In this document: one piece after another, positions 29,558-42,770 of the stretch
How the letters are laid out: every line of letters starts with the position of its first letter
How positions within the stretch are numbered: position 1 is the stretch's first letter
DNA from: Ophelia neglecta
Taxonomy: Eukaryota
Reading direction: 5' to 3'
Length of the DNA stretch: 64,000 nt
NCBI GenBank assembly: GCA_965285935.1
Contig: OZ260661.1
Span: 146,134,001 to 146,198,000 of the forward strand
Program-made: the position numbers and the translations under genes
Notes under the pieces: model-generated
Database searches by the model: none
What the model saw: only the letters and a program-made list of their open reading frames with translations
What the model was told of the DNA's origin: nothing

Positions 29558-29646
29558 CTCTGATTTAAAAGCTCTCCTCGGAGGAGGCCGGGGCAGCCTG
29601 CCAGCGTCAGGAGGATGGAGACAGGTGTTTTTTTCAGGTATGACAT
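29558..29646 (-). CDS. LDB2: Second candidate alternative first coding exon of LDB (MSYLKKTPVSILLTLAGCPGLLRGELLNQR)
   Basis: ATG 29646, donor GAG|GTGAGA, phase 2 matches exon 18613. Confidence 0.4.
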
Positions 29647-30377
29647 TGCGATGATTGACCGAGGACCTCGTGCTCTCACCTGGATGAGTTTGTACAGGTG
29701 GACATCTGTCACGGGCCCGGGGAGACAGGTGTGATGTCGGTGAGACATATCAGGTGTCACCGATAAATACCCATTGACCACAAGAGGCAGGCACCTCTGA
29801 CCTCTGTCTCCACCTGGGCAATGACCTCTGACCTCTCACATTCAATGGCCCTTCACCTAAGACTTTAGGATTTTAGGATCTGGTAAGAACCTTTCTCTAA
29901 GGGTGATGTGGGCTGGCAGTTTTATTTTTCTCTGGACTTTGATTTTATTTGTATTTATGTTATATTTTGATATAAAATCTGCACATATTTGCATTGTTTT
30001 CATCCAATTCAGGGCATCATTGCCCTACCTTTTACAACTCTGAGACGTGCTCATGAGAGGCACTTCAAAACATTCCCCAATTGCATGTACCACAGTGGAC
30101 AAAAAAACAAAACATGAACTGAAGTAACCGTAAGATATGTTTTCTGACGGAAATTTGTTAAAAATAAAATTAATATGGTTTTCACAGATTGGCAGAATTT
30201 AGTTTTTTTAAATAAAAGGGCTGACTCACAACTGAAATCTCGTGTGCTGACAAAAAACAGAGGTTTTTTAGGCCTTACTTGCTTACTGCTGTGTAATCCG
30301 TTGGCAAATATATCTAGGAGACTGTGACTACCAAACAGGCCTAAATCTTCATACTCTCCATAAAACACACAACAGAG

Positions 30378-30652
30378 TGAACTCAGGTGGAGAACTCGGA
30401 TGGAAAACTCAGATGGAGAACTCAGATGGAAAACTAAGATGGACAGTTATGATGGAGAAATCAGACTCAGATGGAGAAATCAATGGAGATCTCGGACTAA
30501 GAACTCAGATAGAGAACTCAGATGGAGAACTCAAATGTAGAACTCAGGTGGAGAGCTCAAATAGAGCATTTAGATGGAAAACTCGCACAGGAAACTCAGA
30601 TAGAGAACTCAGATGGAGAACTCTGAGCTCAGGTTGAGAACTCGATGGAGAA
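30378..30652. repeat. 13-bp degenerate repeat (gaactcagatgga)n
   Basis: Direct inspection. Confidence 0.85.
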
Positions 30653-31147
30653 TCTTCCCAATTTCCTCTCCATGGGTTTTCCTCTTTGGCCAGTTAATTT
30701 CAAAGTCAAACTGTGATGTATTGGGTGTTATCAACTGATCCAGTAGAGGGCAGGGTCTGGATGGGAGAAGAGCCGGAGTCTACGGCGGCAGAAAACACAC
30801 AGCCCCAGTCTCACTTTTAATAAGAAACTAAATTCAGACATGTTTAATATATTATTTGTGAACATTATATTGGAAAACCATAAATAGACCAACAATAGGG
30901 ATCACAAGTACCCAATATCAAATGACATATTAAAATGAGATTTGAAAAAGGAGCAACAAACCAACAAGGTTCAATAAAACAGACCTCTAAACTCATAACA
31001 CCCAGTGACTTCACAGATTAAAACCACCATCATATAAAACACGAGCCTCACAGGACTTTAATAACAGCTGGACATTTTAATATCAGTAGCCACATTCTTA
31101 TTATTGTCAGCTCAAAGTGCAGAAAACCTGTGAAACTTCTAGTGGCG

Positions 31148-31635
31148 TGGGGTCATCTACAATGGCACAATGGGGTCAACTATCATGGCACAATGGGGTC
31201 ATCTATCATGGCACAATGGGGTCAACTATCATGACACAATGGGGTCATCTATCATGGCACAAGGGGGTCATCCATCATGGCACAATGGGTCACATATAAT
31301 GGCACAATGATGGCAATGGGGTCACTTTTAATGGCACAATAGGGTCATCTATCATGGCACAATGGGGTCACATATCATGGCACAATGGGTCACCTATAAT
31401 GGCACAATGGGTCACATATAATGGCACAATGGGGTCACTTTTAATGGCACAATAGGGTCATCTATCATGGCACAATGGGGTCACATATCATGGCACAATG
31501 GGTCACCTATAATGGCACAATGGGTCACCTATAACGGCCCAATGGGTCACCTATCATGGCACAATGGGTCAGCTATACTGGTACAATGGGGTCAACTATT
31601 TTAGCAAAATATGGTCACCTCTAAAGGCACAATGA
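31148..31635. repeat. 21-22-bp minisatellite (atcatggcacaatggggtcatct)
   Basis: About 22 units. Confidence 0.92.
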
Positions 31636-32512
31636 GATCACCTTGAATAGCATTTATAACTGCAATTTACTTGTAAATACCAGCCAAAACCGGGGTCTAT
31701 ATATAATTATATATACATATATAAGGCTCAGAGCTATCAGAGAGCTCAGAGAGATAGGTAGAGGGCAGGGTCCTGATGGCTCAGTCAACATGGTCAGAGA
31801 TAGGTACAGCCCAGAGCCCTGAGAGCTCAGTCAGAGCCAGCAGAGCCAGGCTGGACCCTAAAGCCACCCATATTGATCTCCAATATACATCAAGTCTGGG
31901 ACAGGGGTGGTGGTGGTGGGGGTGGAGTATGAGGCATGGGGTAGTGTGGATCTTAATTTGTTTCTAAGGAAAGATCCTGAGTGAAAGTCAGAAAAGCCAT
32001 GTTAACACTCTGTCTCTGATAATAAACTCAGAGCTTGATCGTTTCATGTTCATGGTCCGTATCCCACGTCCTGAATGGATGCCATGGGCCTGGCTGTGGC
32101 CACCTGAGCTTAGCCATGCTAACACTCTGCACCATGGTCTTGCCCAGACATGGCCCCAGGCCTGAGGTCACATATAAGCATTACCCGTGGCCCGGCCACC
32201 TCTCAGAACCCCCTGGAGATATCATCTGTGGCCCTGCCTCCTCCTCACTCCCCTGGTGACATTCTCCTTCACTTCTTATTAATTATTCAACTCTCAGTAT
32301 CATTATTTTATATACAGCTGAACACTCTCAGTATGATGATCCCCACAACCTGAGTTCACCTGATCATGCTCCCCTACCTTTCTGCCCTAATGTTCACAGT
32401 CATCCCCCCTCCCTTGCCCCCCCCCCCCCTGCCCTCCTATTTGATGACTCAGTTATGGACATCACCTCTTAGCCTCTTACCCATACATCAGTTTAATGGC
32501 TGTTCACCCCTG

Positions 32513-32952
32513 TTAAGGTGTGTCTATGGGGTACACAGTGTAAGGTGTGTCTATGGGGTACACAGTGTAAGGTGTGTCTATGGGGTACACAGTGTAAGGT
32601 GTGTCTATGGGGTACACAGTGTAAGGTGTGTCTATGGGGTACACAGTGTAAGGTGTGTCTATGGGGTACACAGTGTAAGGTGTGTCTATGGGGTACACAG
32701 TGTAAGGTGTGTCTATGGGGTACACAGTGTAAGGTGTGTCTATGGGGTACACAGTGTAAGGTGTGTCTATGGGGTACACAGTGTAAGGTGTGTCTATGGG
32801 GTACACAGTGTTAGGTGTGTCTATGGGGTACACAGTGTAAGGTGTGTCTATGGGGTACACAGTGTAAGGTGTGTCTATGGGGTACACAGTGTAAGGTGTG
32901 TCTATGGGGTACACAGTGTAAGGTGTGTCTATGGGGTACACAGTGTTAGGTG
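32513..32952. repeat. 24-bp near-perfect minisatellite, 18 copies
   Basis: taaggtgtgtctatggggtacacagtg; gives spurious RCVYGVHSV ORF. Confidence 0.97.
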
Positions 32953-32989
32953 GACCTCCTGAAGAAAGATTCATAGCTGGCGTTAGGGG

Positions 32990-33340
32990 GAGGGCTGCAG
33001 GGGTGGGGACGGGGGGGAGGGAAGAGGTAGGGGTGGGCAGGGAGGGGGCAGGGAGGAGGAGGGCATGGCCAGAGGGCTGCAGGGTGGGGACAGGGGGAAG
33101 GGAAGTGGTAGGGGTGGGTAGGGAGGGGGCAGGGAGGAGGAGGGCACGGCCGGAGGGCTGCAGGGGTGGGGACGGGGGGAAGGGAAGTGGTGGGCAGGGA
33201 GGGGGCAGGGAGCAGGAGGGCACGGCCGGAGGGCTGCAGGGGTGGGGACAGGGGACCGGGGGAAGGGAAGTGGTAGGGGTGGACAGGGGGCAGGGAGCAG
33301 GAGGGCATCGGGAGAGGGCTGCAGCCTTGGAGACAGGGGA
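32990..33340. repeat. G-rich ~80-bp tandem repeat, 4 copies
   Basis: gagggctgcaggggtggggac...ggcagggaggaggagggc repeated. Confidence 0.85.
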
Positions 33341-33867
33341 AGTGTAAGGGGAGGGGTAGGGGGAAGGCCACCCCTCCCCTTAAAAGTGAACCTGAACCCT
33401 GATCTTAAACCTGCCCCTTGGACTGAATCAGCCATTTTACTGTAAAACTGGGTTAGTTGTTTTAATTTTGTCTTTAGTGTGTCTGGGGATTAGACTGTTG
33501 ACTAAAAGGGTGGCTTGTGTAGACTGGAGGCTGTGTCTGAGCCAGATTGTGGGGCTTGTGTCTGGAGATAGCAGCCGGAGCACACCGATTACATGTATTA
33601 GTCCAGCCAACCAGAATTCAGATAAACTACCCTCCTTCAGGGATAATGACTGATCCCCAGTGGTGTCAGGGGCTCCGCCTGCCTCTGAGGTCAAAGGTCG
33701 AGGCAGGGTCCTCTGCAGGGTCCTGCTAGGGCAGCCTTGCCCTCCTCTTCCATCTCCTTTTGTCTCTACCTCATCATGTTACCATGGCAACCAGCTTATT
33801 TCCCACATGGTCCTCCACTACTGAATATTCCGAAGCTTGGAGTTGGCTGCACAGTATTGATGTCTGT

Positions 33868-34950
33868 GACAACCAGGCTAGGGGTATACATGGGCTGTTA
33901 CCACAGCAACCAGGCTAGGGGTATACATGGGCTATTACCACAGCAACCAGCCTAGGGGTATACATGGGCTGTTACCACAGCAACCAGCCTAGGGGTATAC
34001 ATGGGCTGTTACCACAGCAACCAGCCTAGGGGTATACATGGGCTATTACCACAGCAACCAGCCTAGGGGTATACATGGGCTGTTACCACAGCAACCAGGC
34101 TAGGGGTATACATGGGCTGTTACCACAACAACCAGCCTAGGGGTATACATGGGCTGTTACCACAACAACCAGCCTAGGGGTATACATGGGCTGTTACCAC
34201 AGCAACCAGGCTAGGGGGATACATGGGCTGTTACCACAGCAACCAGGCTAGGGGTATACATGGGCTGTTACCACAGCAACCAGGCTAGGGGTATACATGG
34301 GCTGTTACCACAACAACCAGCCTAGGGGTATACATGGGCTGTTACCACAACAACCAGCCTAGGGGTATACATGGGCTGTTACCACAGCAACCAGGCTAGG
34401 GGGATACATGGGCTGTTACCACAGCAACCAGGCTAGGGGGATACATGGGCTGTTACCACAGCAACCAGGCTAGGGGGATACATGGGCTGTTACCACAGCA
34501 ACCAGGCTAGGGGGATACATGGGCCGTTACCACAGCAACCAGGCTAGGGGTATACATGGGCTGTTACCACAGCAACCAGGCTGGGGGTAACCGTAGGCTA
34601 CCGTATCCTCTGTAGTGAGGCTCAGAGCGCTTAAATAATTATGTGACACAAGATTGCTTAACACGCCAAAAAACCTAGCGAAAAAAGGTCAAATGGTTGG
34701 ATTTTATCAGAAAAAAAGGGGGGCATTAATTACTTACATTCAACTGATTGAATATGGTATAATACCATGACAACCATGCTAGGGGTATACATAGGCTGTG
34801 CTACCAGGACAATCAGGCCAGGGGTAGACATGGGCTATGTTACCATGACAACCAGGCCAGGGGTAGACATGGACTATATTACCATGACAACCAGGCTAGG
34901 GGTAGACATGGGCTATGTTACCATGACAACCAGGCTAGGGGTAGATATGG
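33868..34950. repeat. 32-33-bp minisatellite (accaggctaggggtatacatgggctgttaccacagca), about 21 copies, with diverged copies at 34765-34950
   Basis: Direct inspection. Confidence 0.95.
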
Positions 34951-34963
34951 TCTGTCATCACAG

Positions 34964-35063
34964 NNNNNNNNNNNNNNNNNNNNNNNNNNNNNNNNNNNNN
35001 NNNNNNNNNNNNNNNNNNNNNNNNNNNNNNNNNNNNNNNNNNNNNNNNNNNNNNNNNNNNNNN
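34964..35063. other. Assembly gap (100 N)
   Basis: Ns. Confidence 1.
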
Positions 35064-35610
35064 ATAATGAGAGAGTAGGGGTGGAACATGTGGAAGAGGG
35101 GGAAAGATGGAGAGGGAGGGGTAAAAAGAGGGAGAGGAGGTAGGGTAGACAGGGAGGAGGGTGATCAGAGGGAGTAGGGGCTGCTGAAGTGAGGGGAAGA
35201 GGGAGAGAGGGTGGGGGTTGGAGGCGGTCATGTGTCAGCCACTGACTGGAGATGACTTATTGGTTTGCTTCGGTTAGGGATACTTCTGTGACTGCCCTGC
35301 AAATAGAGCCAGGCTGTGTGTCTCCTCTCTCTCATGATTCTTACAGCGACCAACGCATGTTGCATGCATCCAACTCCCCTCACCACACCCCCACGTCCCT
35401 CATGATCCTTAAAATGCCAACCTCAGGGGGAGCGCCCACCGCCCCCTACCCTCCCGCTAAGTTACTGCCCCCACCTCAGATTGTAAAGGGGAGAATCATG
35501 GCTGATCTCCCTCTCTCCAGTCTTCCTTTCTGCCAGTCCCCCTTTGTGCCAGTCCCCTTTCTGCCTCCCCCCCCCCCCCCATGTCTCCTGGACCCCTTTC
35601 TCCAGTCCTC

Positions 35611-35860
35611 CAGGGGTCTACACTAACTTTTCTCAGCACTTGCCCTGAAGGCAAGTTGCACCAGGAAACTACTTGCCCACACCATAGGCGTACTGTCCCA
35701 AAAATATTTGTACATATAAAATATACCAGATATCCAACAATCGGCAATTTGGGGAATTTTAGCAGGTTGCCTGGCGGGAAGTTAGTAACTAAAACCTTTG
35801 TGCCCGCAAACAGGTTTGAGGTGCCCCGGGACGTCGGGCAATAGTTAGTGTAGACCCCTG
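35611..35860 (+). mobile_element. 250-bp MITE, hAT-like TIR CAGGGGTCTACACTAACT
   Basis: Perfect 18-bp TIRs, flanking duplication GTCCTC; inverted second copy at 56313-56560. Confidence 0.9.
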
Positions 35861-37237
35861 GTCCTCCTTTCTCCAGTCCTCCTTTCTGCCAGTCCCCTTT
35901 TCTGCCATTCCCCCTTTCTGCCATTCCCCTTTGTGCCAATCCCCCTTTCTGCCATTCCCCCTTTCTGCCAATCCTCTTTTCTCCTGGACCCCTTTCTCCA
36001 GATTTAAGATCTCGCATCTCACTGAATAGTGATATTTAATACCATACTGCTCACCGCCTCCAAACCAAATTCTATTCCCCCTCTCTGTACAAGTTTAACA
36101 TCATCTTCCCCCATCTCCCACTATAAATGCCTCCCCTATCCTCAGCACAACAACTCCCCCCCCCCTCCCCCCCCCACTATATACACTACAGCGCTGAGCC
36201 TCTGCCCCCAAAACTACCCCAGGCTCAGGTACCCCCCACGATTCAGCCTACAAGCTACTGCCCCCCCCCCCCCCTGATGGCCCTAGCGACATGCTTGTCA
36301 CTGATGACAAGAGAAGACAATGACAAGAAGTGACATGATTGGCCATGTAGGAGTGGTTGCCGTAGGGATGAGTTGTCCTGATGTACACGCTACCCATGTG
36401 TGTCTCCCTGACCACAGGCAGGGACACTCTATAGCTGTGGACATCTATACAGTGGCTGTAAATCTGAACCCCCCCCCCCCCCTACAAGCCACCCAGAATG
36501 GTTCTAACTGTGAAGTGGAGAGCACTGTCCTGCCATTGCAGGTGGCTCTTCATCGGATGGGCCCTACATCACAGGGACCCTTGTTATTACAGGGATCAAT
36601 TATTTTAACAAAATAATTTTTTCATGGGTGATTTGGTTTTTAGTGCAAGTTTCCCATAGTGCAACAGGGGTTGTCAGCTTTATGTAGGGGACAGAGGAAT
36701 ACATCTGGGGGACTGGTTCACAGAGTGGGTTAAAATGCTCGGGGCCTGCTGGTGGGGCATCATTTTAATACAATGAACACTCAAGTTTGGGACATGCGAG
36801 ACACTGCTCTCTGTACTGCTGGGGGTTGGACTGACTATAGGACACTGAAGAAACATATGATAGTTGGTAGACTTAGCCGTTATCATGGAGATAGCATGAA
36901 TACAGATTTAAGTTTCTTGTTTCGCATATCTTTTTTTCTTTCTATTTAACGTGCTTTACATGTCATCCTCACATTTTTGTGTCATCTTGTATTGCTATTG
37001 GTGTTTAATATATTTTACTCTTCTCTAGACTTTCATATTTGTACCTCAAGGACTGCTGTACTTTATTGGTCAATACTAATGTTTTACACCTGTTTAACTT
37101 ATACCTTAACTGGTAACAATGGGAGGGGTCTGGTAACTACATGATGGGTCTGGTAACAATATGATGGGTATGGTAACAAGCTAAGGTGTCTGGTAAATGT
37201 TGAAGCACCTGCTTATTGGCCCTGTAATGGATGTCAT

Positions 37238-38412
37238 ATTAACACTTTGGGTGCCAAGCAGATATACAGACTGGATGTCTGTAAAGTGCAATTAGAATAA
37301 TCATATTTTCTCAAATTCATGTCTCTGACTGACAATGGAGACATCAGAGACACATATCAATAGCTCAAAAACTATATTTTCTGAAAGGACAGAACCTCAG
37401 CAAAGCTACAAGACAAACCCCAGTGTAAGAGAGGCTGATATGGTGATAGGGGGCTCTTTAAAATACAGAATACTAGGTAAAATATAGAGCCAATTATAGC
37501 GGCCCTTGGCCCTTTATATACATCAAAAGTAGGGCCGATTTTAGTGGCCCTAGGCACTTTACCTACATCATATTTAGGATCTTTTAGAGGCCATTGGCAC
37601 TCTCAGTGTTGAAGCTATGGAAGTGTACAGTGTTAAGCAGTGGAGATATCAAGCCACAGAGTGGTGTATACAAGGTTAATTTAGGGGGAAGGTAATTAGT
37701 CATGGAGTACAGGTACAAATCTACATATTCACCAGCACTTGTATATGATAAGTCAGGTAACATTCAATGAAGACATGTCTAGAGCTGGCAGGGTTTGATA
37801 CGGTAAGTCAGGTAGCAGTCAAAGAGCACAGGCCGTGAGGTTTGCTATCTACCAAGGAAATGGAGTCAACTAACGGCTCTGCAATTCACAATAACTTAAA
37901 AACAGTGCTAAATGAATTATCATGTTATTGGGGAATTCTCACAGATATCCAGCAATATACAAGAGAGAACTAGACTAATGTCCCGAGCTTTCAAACGAAA
38001 GCAGAAAACAATATTCAGGCAGACGGGTAACGAGCAAGCATCGTATTTTCCCCTGCCCGTCCCTGATATCAATTAACTAATTTATTATTAAACTTTTGGG
38101 TGACAAACAAAATGCAATTTTGATGTCTGTAAAGTGCCACAAGAATAAGCACATTTCCCCAAGATTCATGATGGCTTATAACAATGAAGAGTTCATGGAC
38201 AACTAAATATCTCAAAACTATATATTTTCTTAAAGGGCAGAACCTCAGCAATGATATCAAACAAAACTGCAGTGGAATATGAGCTGATATGGTGTTAGGG
38301 GGCTCTTTTTATACAGAATACTAGGTATAATATAGAGCTGATTTTAGGGGCCCTTGGCACTTTACCTACATCAAAAGTAGGGCCAATTTTAGAGGCCCTT
38401 GGCACTCTAAGT
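37238..38412. mobile_element. Two direct, diverged copies (37238-37612, ~38086-38412) of a ~350-bp MITE-like repeat
   Basis: Shared blocks gatgtctgtaaagtgc, cagaacctcagcaa, tacagaatactaggta, tacatcaaaagtagggcc; imperfect TIR aacactttgggtgccaa/ttggcactctcagtgtt. Confidence 0.65.
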
Positions 38413-39164
38413 TTTAAGTTTTACTAACATTATAGATTCTATTAATAAAGTCCCAATAATTAATTTCATTATCAGATGTTGGATAGGGTGCCAGTCAGGA
38501 GAAGAGGGTACTCTAGCAGATTGTTCCTTAAACACTGTATTTCCTCTGATATTTCAGACACCGAACATTATTTTAAATTCTAGCAATATAAAGAATTAGA
38601 GGCAATACAAAATTATTACTATTTTGACTACTAGTTTTTCATAGTAACCATAGCAGGGTATCATGTAAGTGTACTAATAATTAGAGGTTTAAACAAAATT
38701 AAAATAATGGGAAACTGGAGTGTATAAATTAAAAGAGTGTATGAATAATTAGAGGAATTATAGTAACTAAGTAGTAAAAAAATAAAGACAGCATGCCCTA
38801 TAACATTGGGCAGTGATGGCATGATATTGTGAAAGGATTAAACTGGTGAGCTATCGGAATAATATGCCAGAGATAGGGCTAGGTCATGAGGGACAGCACT
38901 GTGAACATCTGAACTTTGTTGGCCATTTTCAACTCTTTTTGACATCGAATGAAACAAGGAAGATGGCTTGATAGTGTTCTCTCAATTATTTTTTTTTAAT
39001 AAATATATTTGCTCACTATACATCTCGTTTTGATTTTCCCTGATATTGGTTACCCTGATGTTATAGAGTCTGCTCTACTACTGTGTAAAGTCACTCTGGT
39101 AGTTCTCCCAGTCTCTTGAACAAAGAAAGGTATTGGCTAAATATATAAGGTCAATGAGACAATG

Positions 39165-39800
39165 TTGGTTGGGTGGTTGTTTGGGGTTCTACCTGGCTTT
39201 CAACACTTATATGGTCATATCTCCATATGGTCATATCACCACGGTGCCTACTTGTGACAGTCGGCTGGAGTACCTGCCGTAGACACCATACAGGGAACCC
39301 CCACCCAGTCACATTATAACGAGGTTGACCAGTCCTGATACTACCCCGTAAAGACCCAGCACCTGGCAGGGGAGCTATCAGTACCTATTTAATATTAAGG
39401 GGCCATTGGATTGGTTGGCTGGTTGTTTGGGGTTTGTTTTACATGGCTTTCAACACTTATATGGTCATATCACCACGGTGCCTACTTGTGACAGTGGGCT
39501 CAATGCCCTCTTTATAGTGCTGCCTCACTGGAGTACCTGCCGTAGACACCAGACAGAGAACCCCACCCAGCCACATTATACTGACACCAGGTTGACCAGT
39601 CCTGATACTACCCCAGAAATACTGGGCGCCTGGCAGGGACTCTATCAGTACCTATTTAATAATATTATCCCTGCAGGATAAAGGGGCCATTAGATTGGTT
39701 GTTTGGGGTTTTACGTGGCTTTCAACACTTATATGGTCATACCACCACTGTGCCTACTTGTGACAGGGGGCCCAATGCCCTCTTTATAGTGCTGCCTCAA
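39165..39800 (-). mobile_element. Three tandem partial copies of the SINE at 5742-6060
   Basis: ggctttcaacacttatatggtcatat...gtgcctacttgtgacag...gttgaccagtcctgatactacccc shared with the 5.8-kb copy. Confidence 0.85.
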
Positions 39801-39964
39801 TGGGACAATGAAATAATTAGCAGCTTTAGGAATAGTATGTCTCTCGGTTCTCTCCTGATGATAAAGGGAGATTATAGGATGAAAGATTTGGTTCTTGTAC
39901 TACTTACAGATCTGTAATAAGTAATAAACAAAAAAGAACTGTGTCAGAGAAAGTCAGGGGTGAT

Positions 39965-40455
39965 AATCCGACTGGAAGCCCCTTGAAGTGGACCCTCATC
40001 TCCATGGGTTCTGTCTAGCCACAGACTCCGAGTCTGATTACAGGCCGAATGGACAGGAGGGTCCACTTCAAGGGGCTCAAGTGGACCCTCCTGGCAATGG
40101 ATTGTCCTTTTGGCCACTAGCCAAGTCAGATTATGATCTGGATGGAGCAGAGGGTCCACTTCAAGGGGTGGAAGTAGACCCTCGTCTCCTTGGGTTGCCC
40201 CTCTGGCCACTGGCTCAGAGCAGGGAAAGAAATAAGCCCGTAGGTCCAGGGCCTATCGTTTTAGCAGCAGGCCTATTAGAATCCTTCGCTAAATTTTCAG
40301 AGACTGTGGGAATTCAACAGGGCCTGCTGATTTTTAAAGATACTGACTCTGTGGGCCAGTAGAATTTTGCTCTCATTTCTTTCATTGTGAGAGTCAGATT
40401 ATGATTGCAATGGAGAGGAGGGTTTGCTTCAAGTGGCTGAAGTGGACCCTCGGTT
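39965..40455. repeat. Degenerate ~50-95-bp repeat (gagggtccacttcaagggg...agtggaccctc, internally palindromic)
   Basis: Direct inspection. Confidence 0.65.
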
Positions 40456-41389
40456 TTTGGTAGAAATAGATAGTTTTGATATTAACAGGAGCAGTCCCCA
40501 TATCAGTGGCACCAGCCATACCGCGGCAGTAGATCAGGGCCAGAGAGATTAGGACCTGATATCATATTTAATATTGACATTTCCCAGATAATCTGACAAT
40601 CTACCCACTACACTTGCAGATCACTTGCTAGGCTGCCTAAACCCAGGCTCCTAAACCTGAACTGCCATCGGCCACACCGTTAGCAGTTGATTGGCCACGG
40701 AGGAACGATGATCTGTCACTACCGACGCCCCCAGGGTCAGGGGCCCCGACCTCCGTAAATGTAATAGAGCGAAAATCAATACCACGATCATCCACACATA
40801 TTTCTGTGGCATGCTCAATGCCGTCGAGGAGCGATTACAAAAACCTGGCTATGTTTTGTCCGCAATCGACACACAACCCACGAGGCAAAACAGAGCTGTG
40901 GTTATCGATTGATGCCAAGCAGGCAGTTTCACGGGTATTTAATAGCACGGAGAGCTGCTTTGTTAGCATCTCCTGGAGTGGACGATTAACTGTGTAATGA
41001 ATAGCTGACAGCCTGCCGGCCTGCGCTCTGTCACAATACAACTTCACAGTCAATCTGTCAGATTGTCCACTGCTGGCTGTGGGTCTATGCTACCTGGTGG
41101 TATATAAGGTGGGGCTATGGGGGATACTTCCACAGTACAACTAGCCTAGTATACAAGTCTACTGTTTGTCAGGTACAGCAAATTTCTATCAATATAAACT
41201 CATTGCGAAGTCCCGGCTGAATGGAGTAAAATTAAAGCTCTCGCTTTAGGACTTCCAGAGCTTCCTAGGTGTCGATAGTGCTTTGTTGACAACGAACACG
41301 GCCGCCGCTGATTTCTAGTTCGCTATTACACGAATATTGGTTGAATATGGGACTAAAATGGAGAGAAAATGGCCATAAAATGTACTTAC

Positions 41390-41575
41390 CTCGCTTTAGA
41401 GACTAGTAACGCGAGCCCACTCTGCTAAATCGGCGTCAATTTAGGCAAATTGTCTGCGATCAATACCTTCACAGTATAGCTTGTGGCTTCGGGAAGTCAC
41501 ACACCGCACGGCATTGTGGGAGTGACCCGCCCCAGTTACTGTGACCTGACCTCGTTATGCCTGTCAATCAAGTGG
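41390..41575 (-). promoter_or_regulatory. Probable LDB distal promoter and non-coding first exon
   Basis: Donor GAG|GTAAGT at 41389, no ATG in the exon. Upstream motifs: ZNF143/Staf-like CTCCCACAATGC (41511-41522), GC box (41526-41533), PBX/MEIS-type TGATTGACAG (41561-41570). Locally CpG-rich. Confidence 0.55.
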
Positions 41576-42696
41576 TAAGGCATAAATCAAGTTGACAAGG
41601 CTAGTGTGTTACAGGTGTCGGCGGTTTAATTCTTACACAAGTCTAGGTATTATAGGAACAGTAGGAATTTAATAGACAATTACCGTCTTATAGACCACAG
41701 TACAACCGCAAACTGCAGATTTTGTGCCGATCAACGGATTTATTAGACTTCTTAATTAATTTTACTAAGTTGAAGCCCTTGGTTGAATCTTGTAAATTGT
41801 AATATAATTATGACACATGTTTAAATAAGATAAAGTAGAAGTCATTTTATAGAAATAAAAGTTACCCTGAATTACTTAACAACAAACAAGACTTTCACTG
41901 TTAAATATAGACAGCTCTGTTTATTAACACTTTGTACATCAATATAAATTGAATGCAGGTATTACACTGATGCAATAAATGTAGGAATAATTTATTGATT
42001 AATTTGAAATTAATTGCCATAATCTGTCCCTTGTATCAAAATTAAAAAATAATGACACCTGTGAATTGTGACCACTCTAGAAATGGGAAAATCCTGGCCC
42101 AATTACACAGGTTATTATACATTTAAAGCCTACGGTACGGTCTCCATTTTAGTGTCCTGAATTGACAGGTGGTCTGACAATAGAGGTAGGCTTTGAAGAA
42201 GGTCTGGCTGTGAGTTGATATTAATAACCATTATGATTATTTTCTAGCGACATATCTGCCTTCGTTAGAAGAATGAGTTTCTTACAAAAGTCAGGCTTCA
42301 ATGATCACTGCCTACAGCGATATTAAGTCACAGTCCAGTGATTACAGACTTGTGGATTCTGTACAACTGCATTCAGTCAAGGTTCAATGATCACTAGTTT
42401 TGTAACTTATGCACAGCACAATGAAGTCACATTCCACTGATCACTAACTTGAGGCTTCTCAAGTTTAATGTTTAACGATATATGAAGATAATTGTGAGCA
42501 ATGCACCAGTCAAAAAGATATATCTTTATCTGATTTACTATGACTGCATAAAGTTAGTTTTCCAGTAGTGTTTATCATAAGAACTGGGTTGCTAGGTACA
42601 TGTTGTCCTGGTGACACTGTTACTATGGCACTGATGATAATTTCCTCACTGTGATGATATATGATAAATGTTCCCAATGTCTCCATGGTAACACGA

Positions 42697-42770
42697 TTAT
42701 CCTCCTTTTGTTGTTTGGGAGGCGAATTCTCTGATGAGGTTGATGAAGAGTTCCCTGTTCACTTGAGTCC
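42697..42770 (-). CDS. C19orf12: C19orf12-like last coding exon
   Basis: TTTCAG acceptor, TQVNRELFINLIREFASQTTKGG, TAA. Confidence 0.83.

Noticed and set aside
32366-33445. RCVYGVHSV, TVYPIDTPY and Gly/Pro-rich ORFs
   Set aside because: 24-bp and G-rich tandem repeats.
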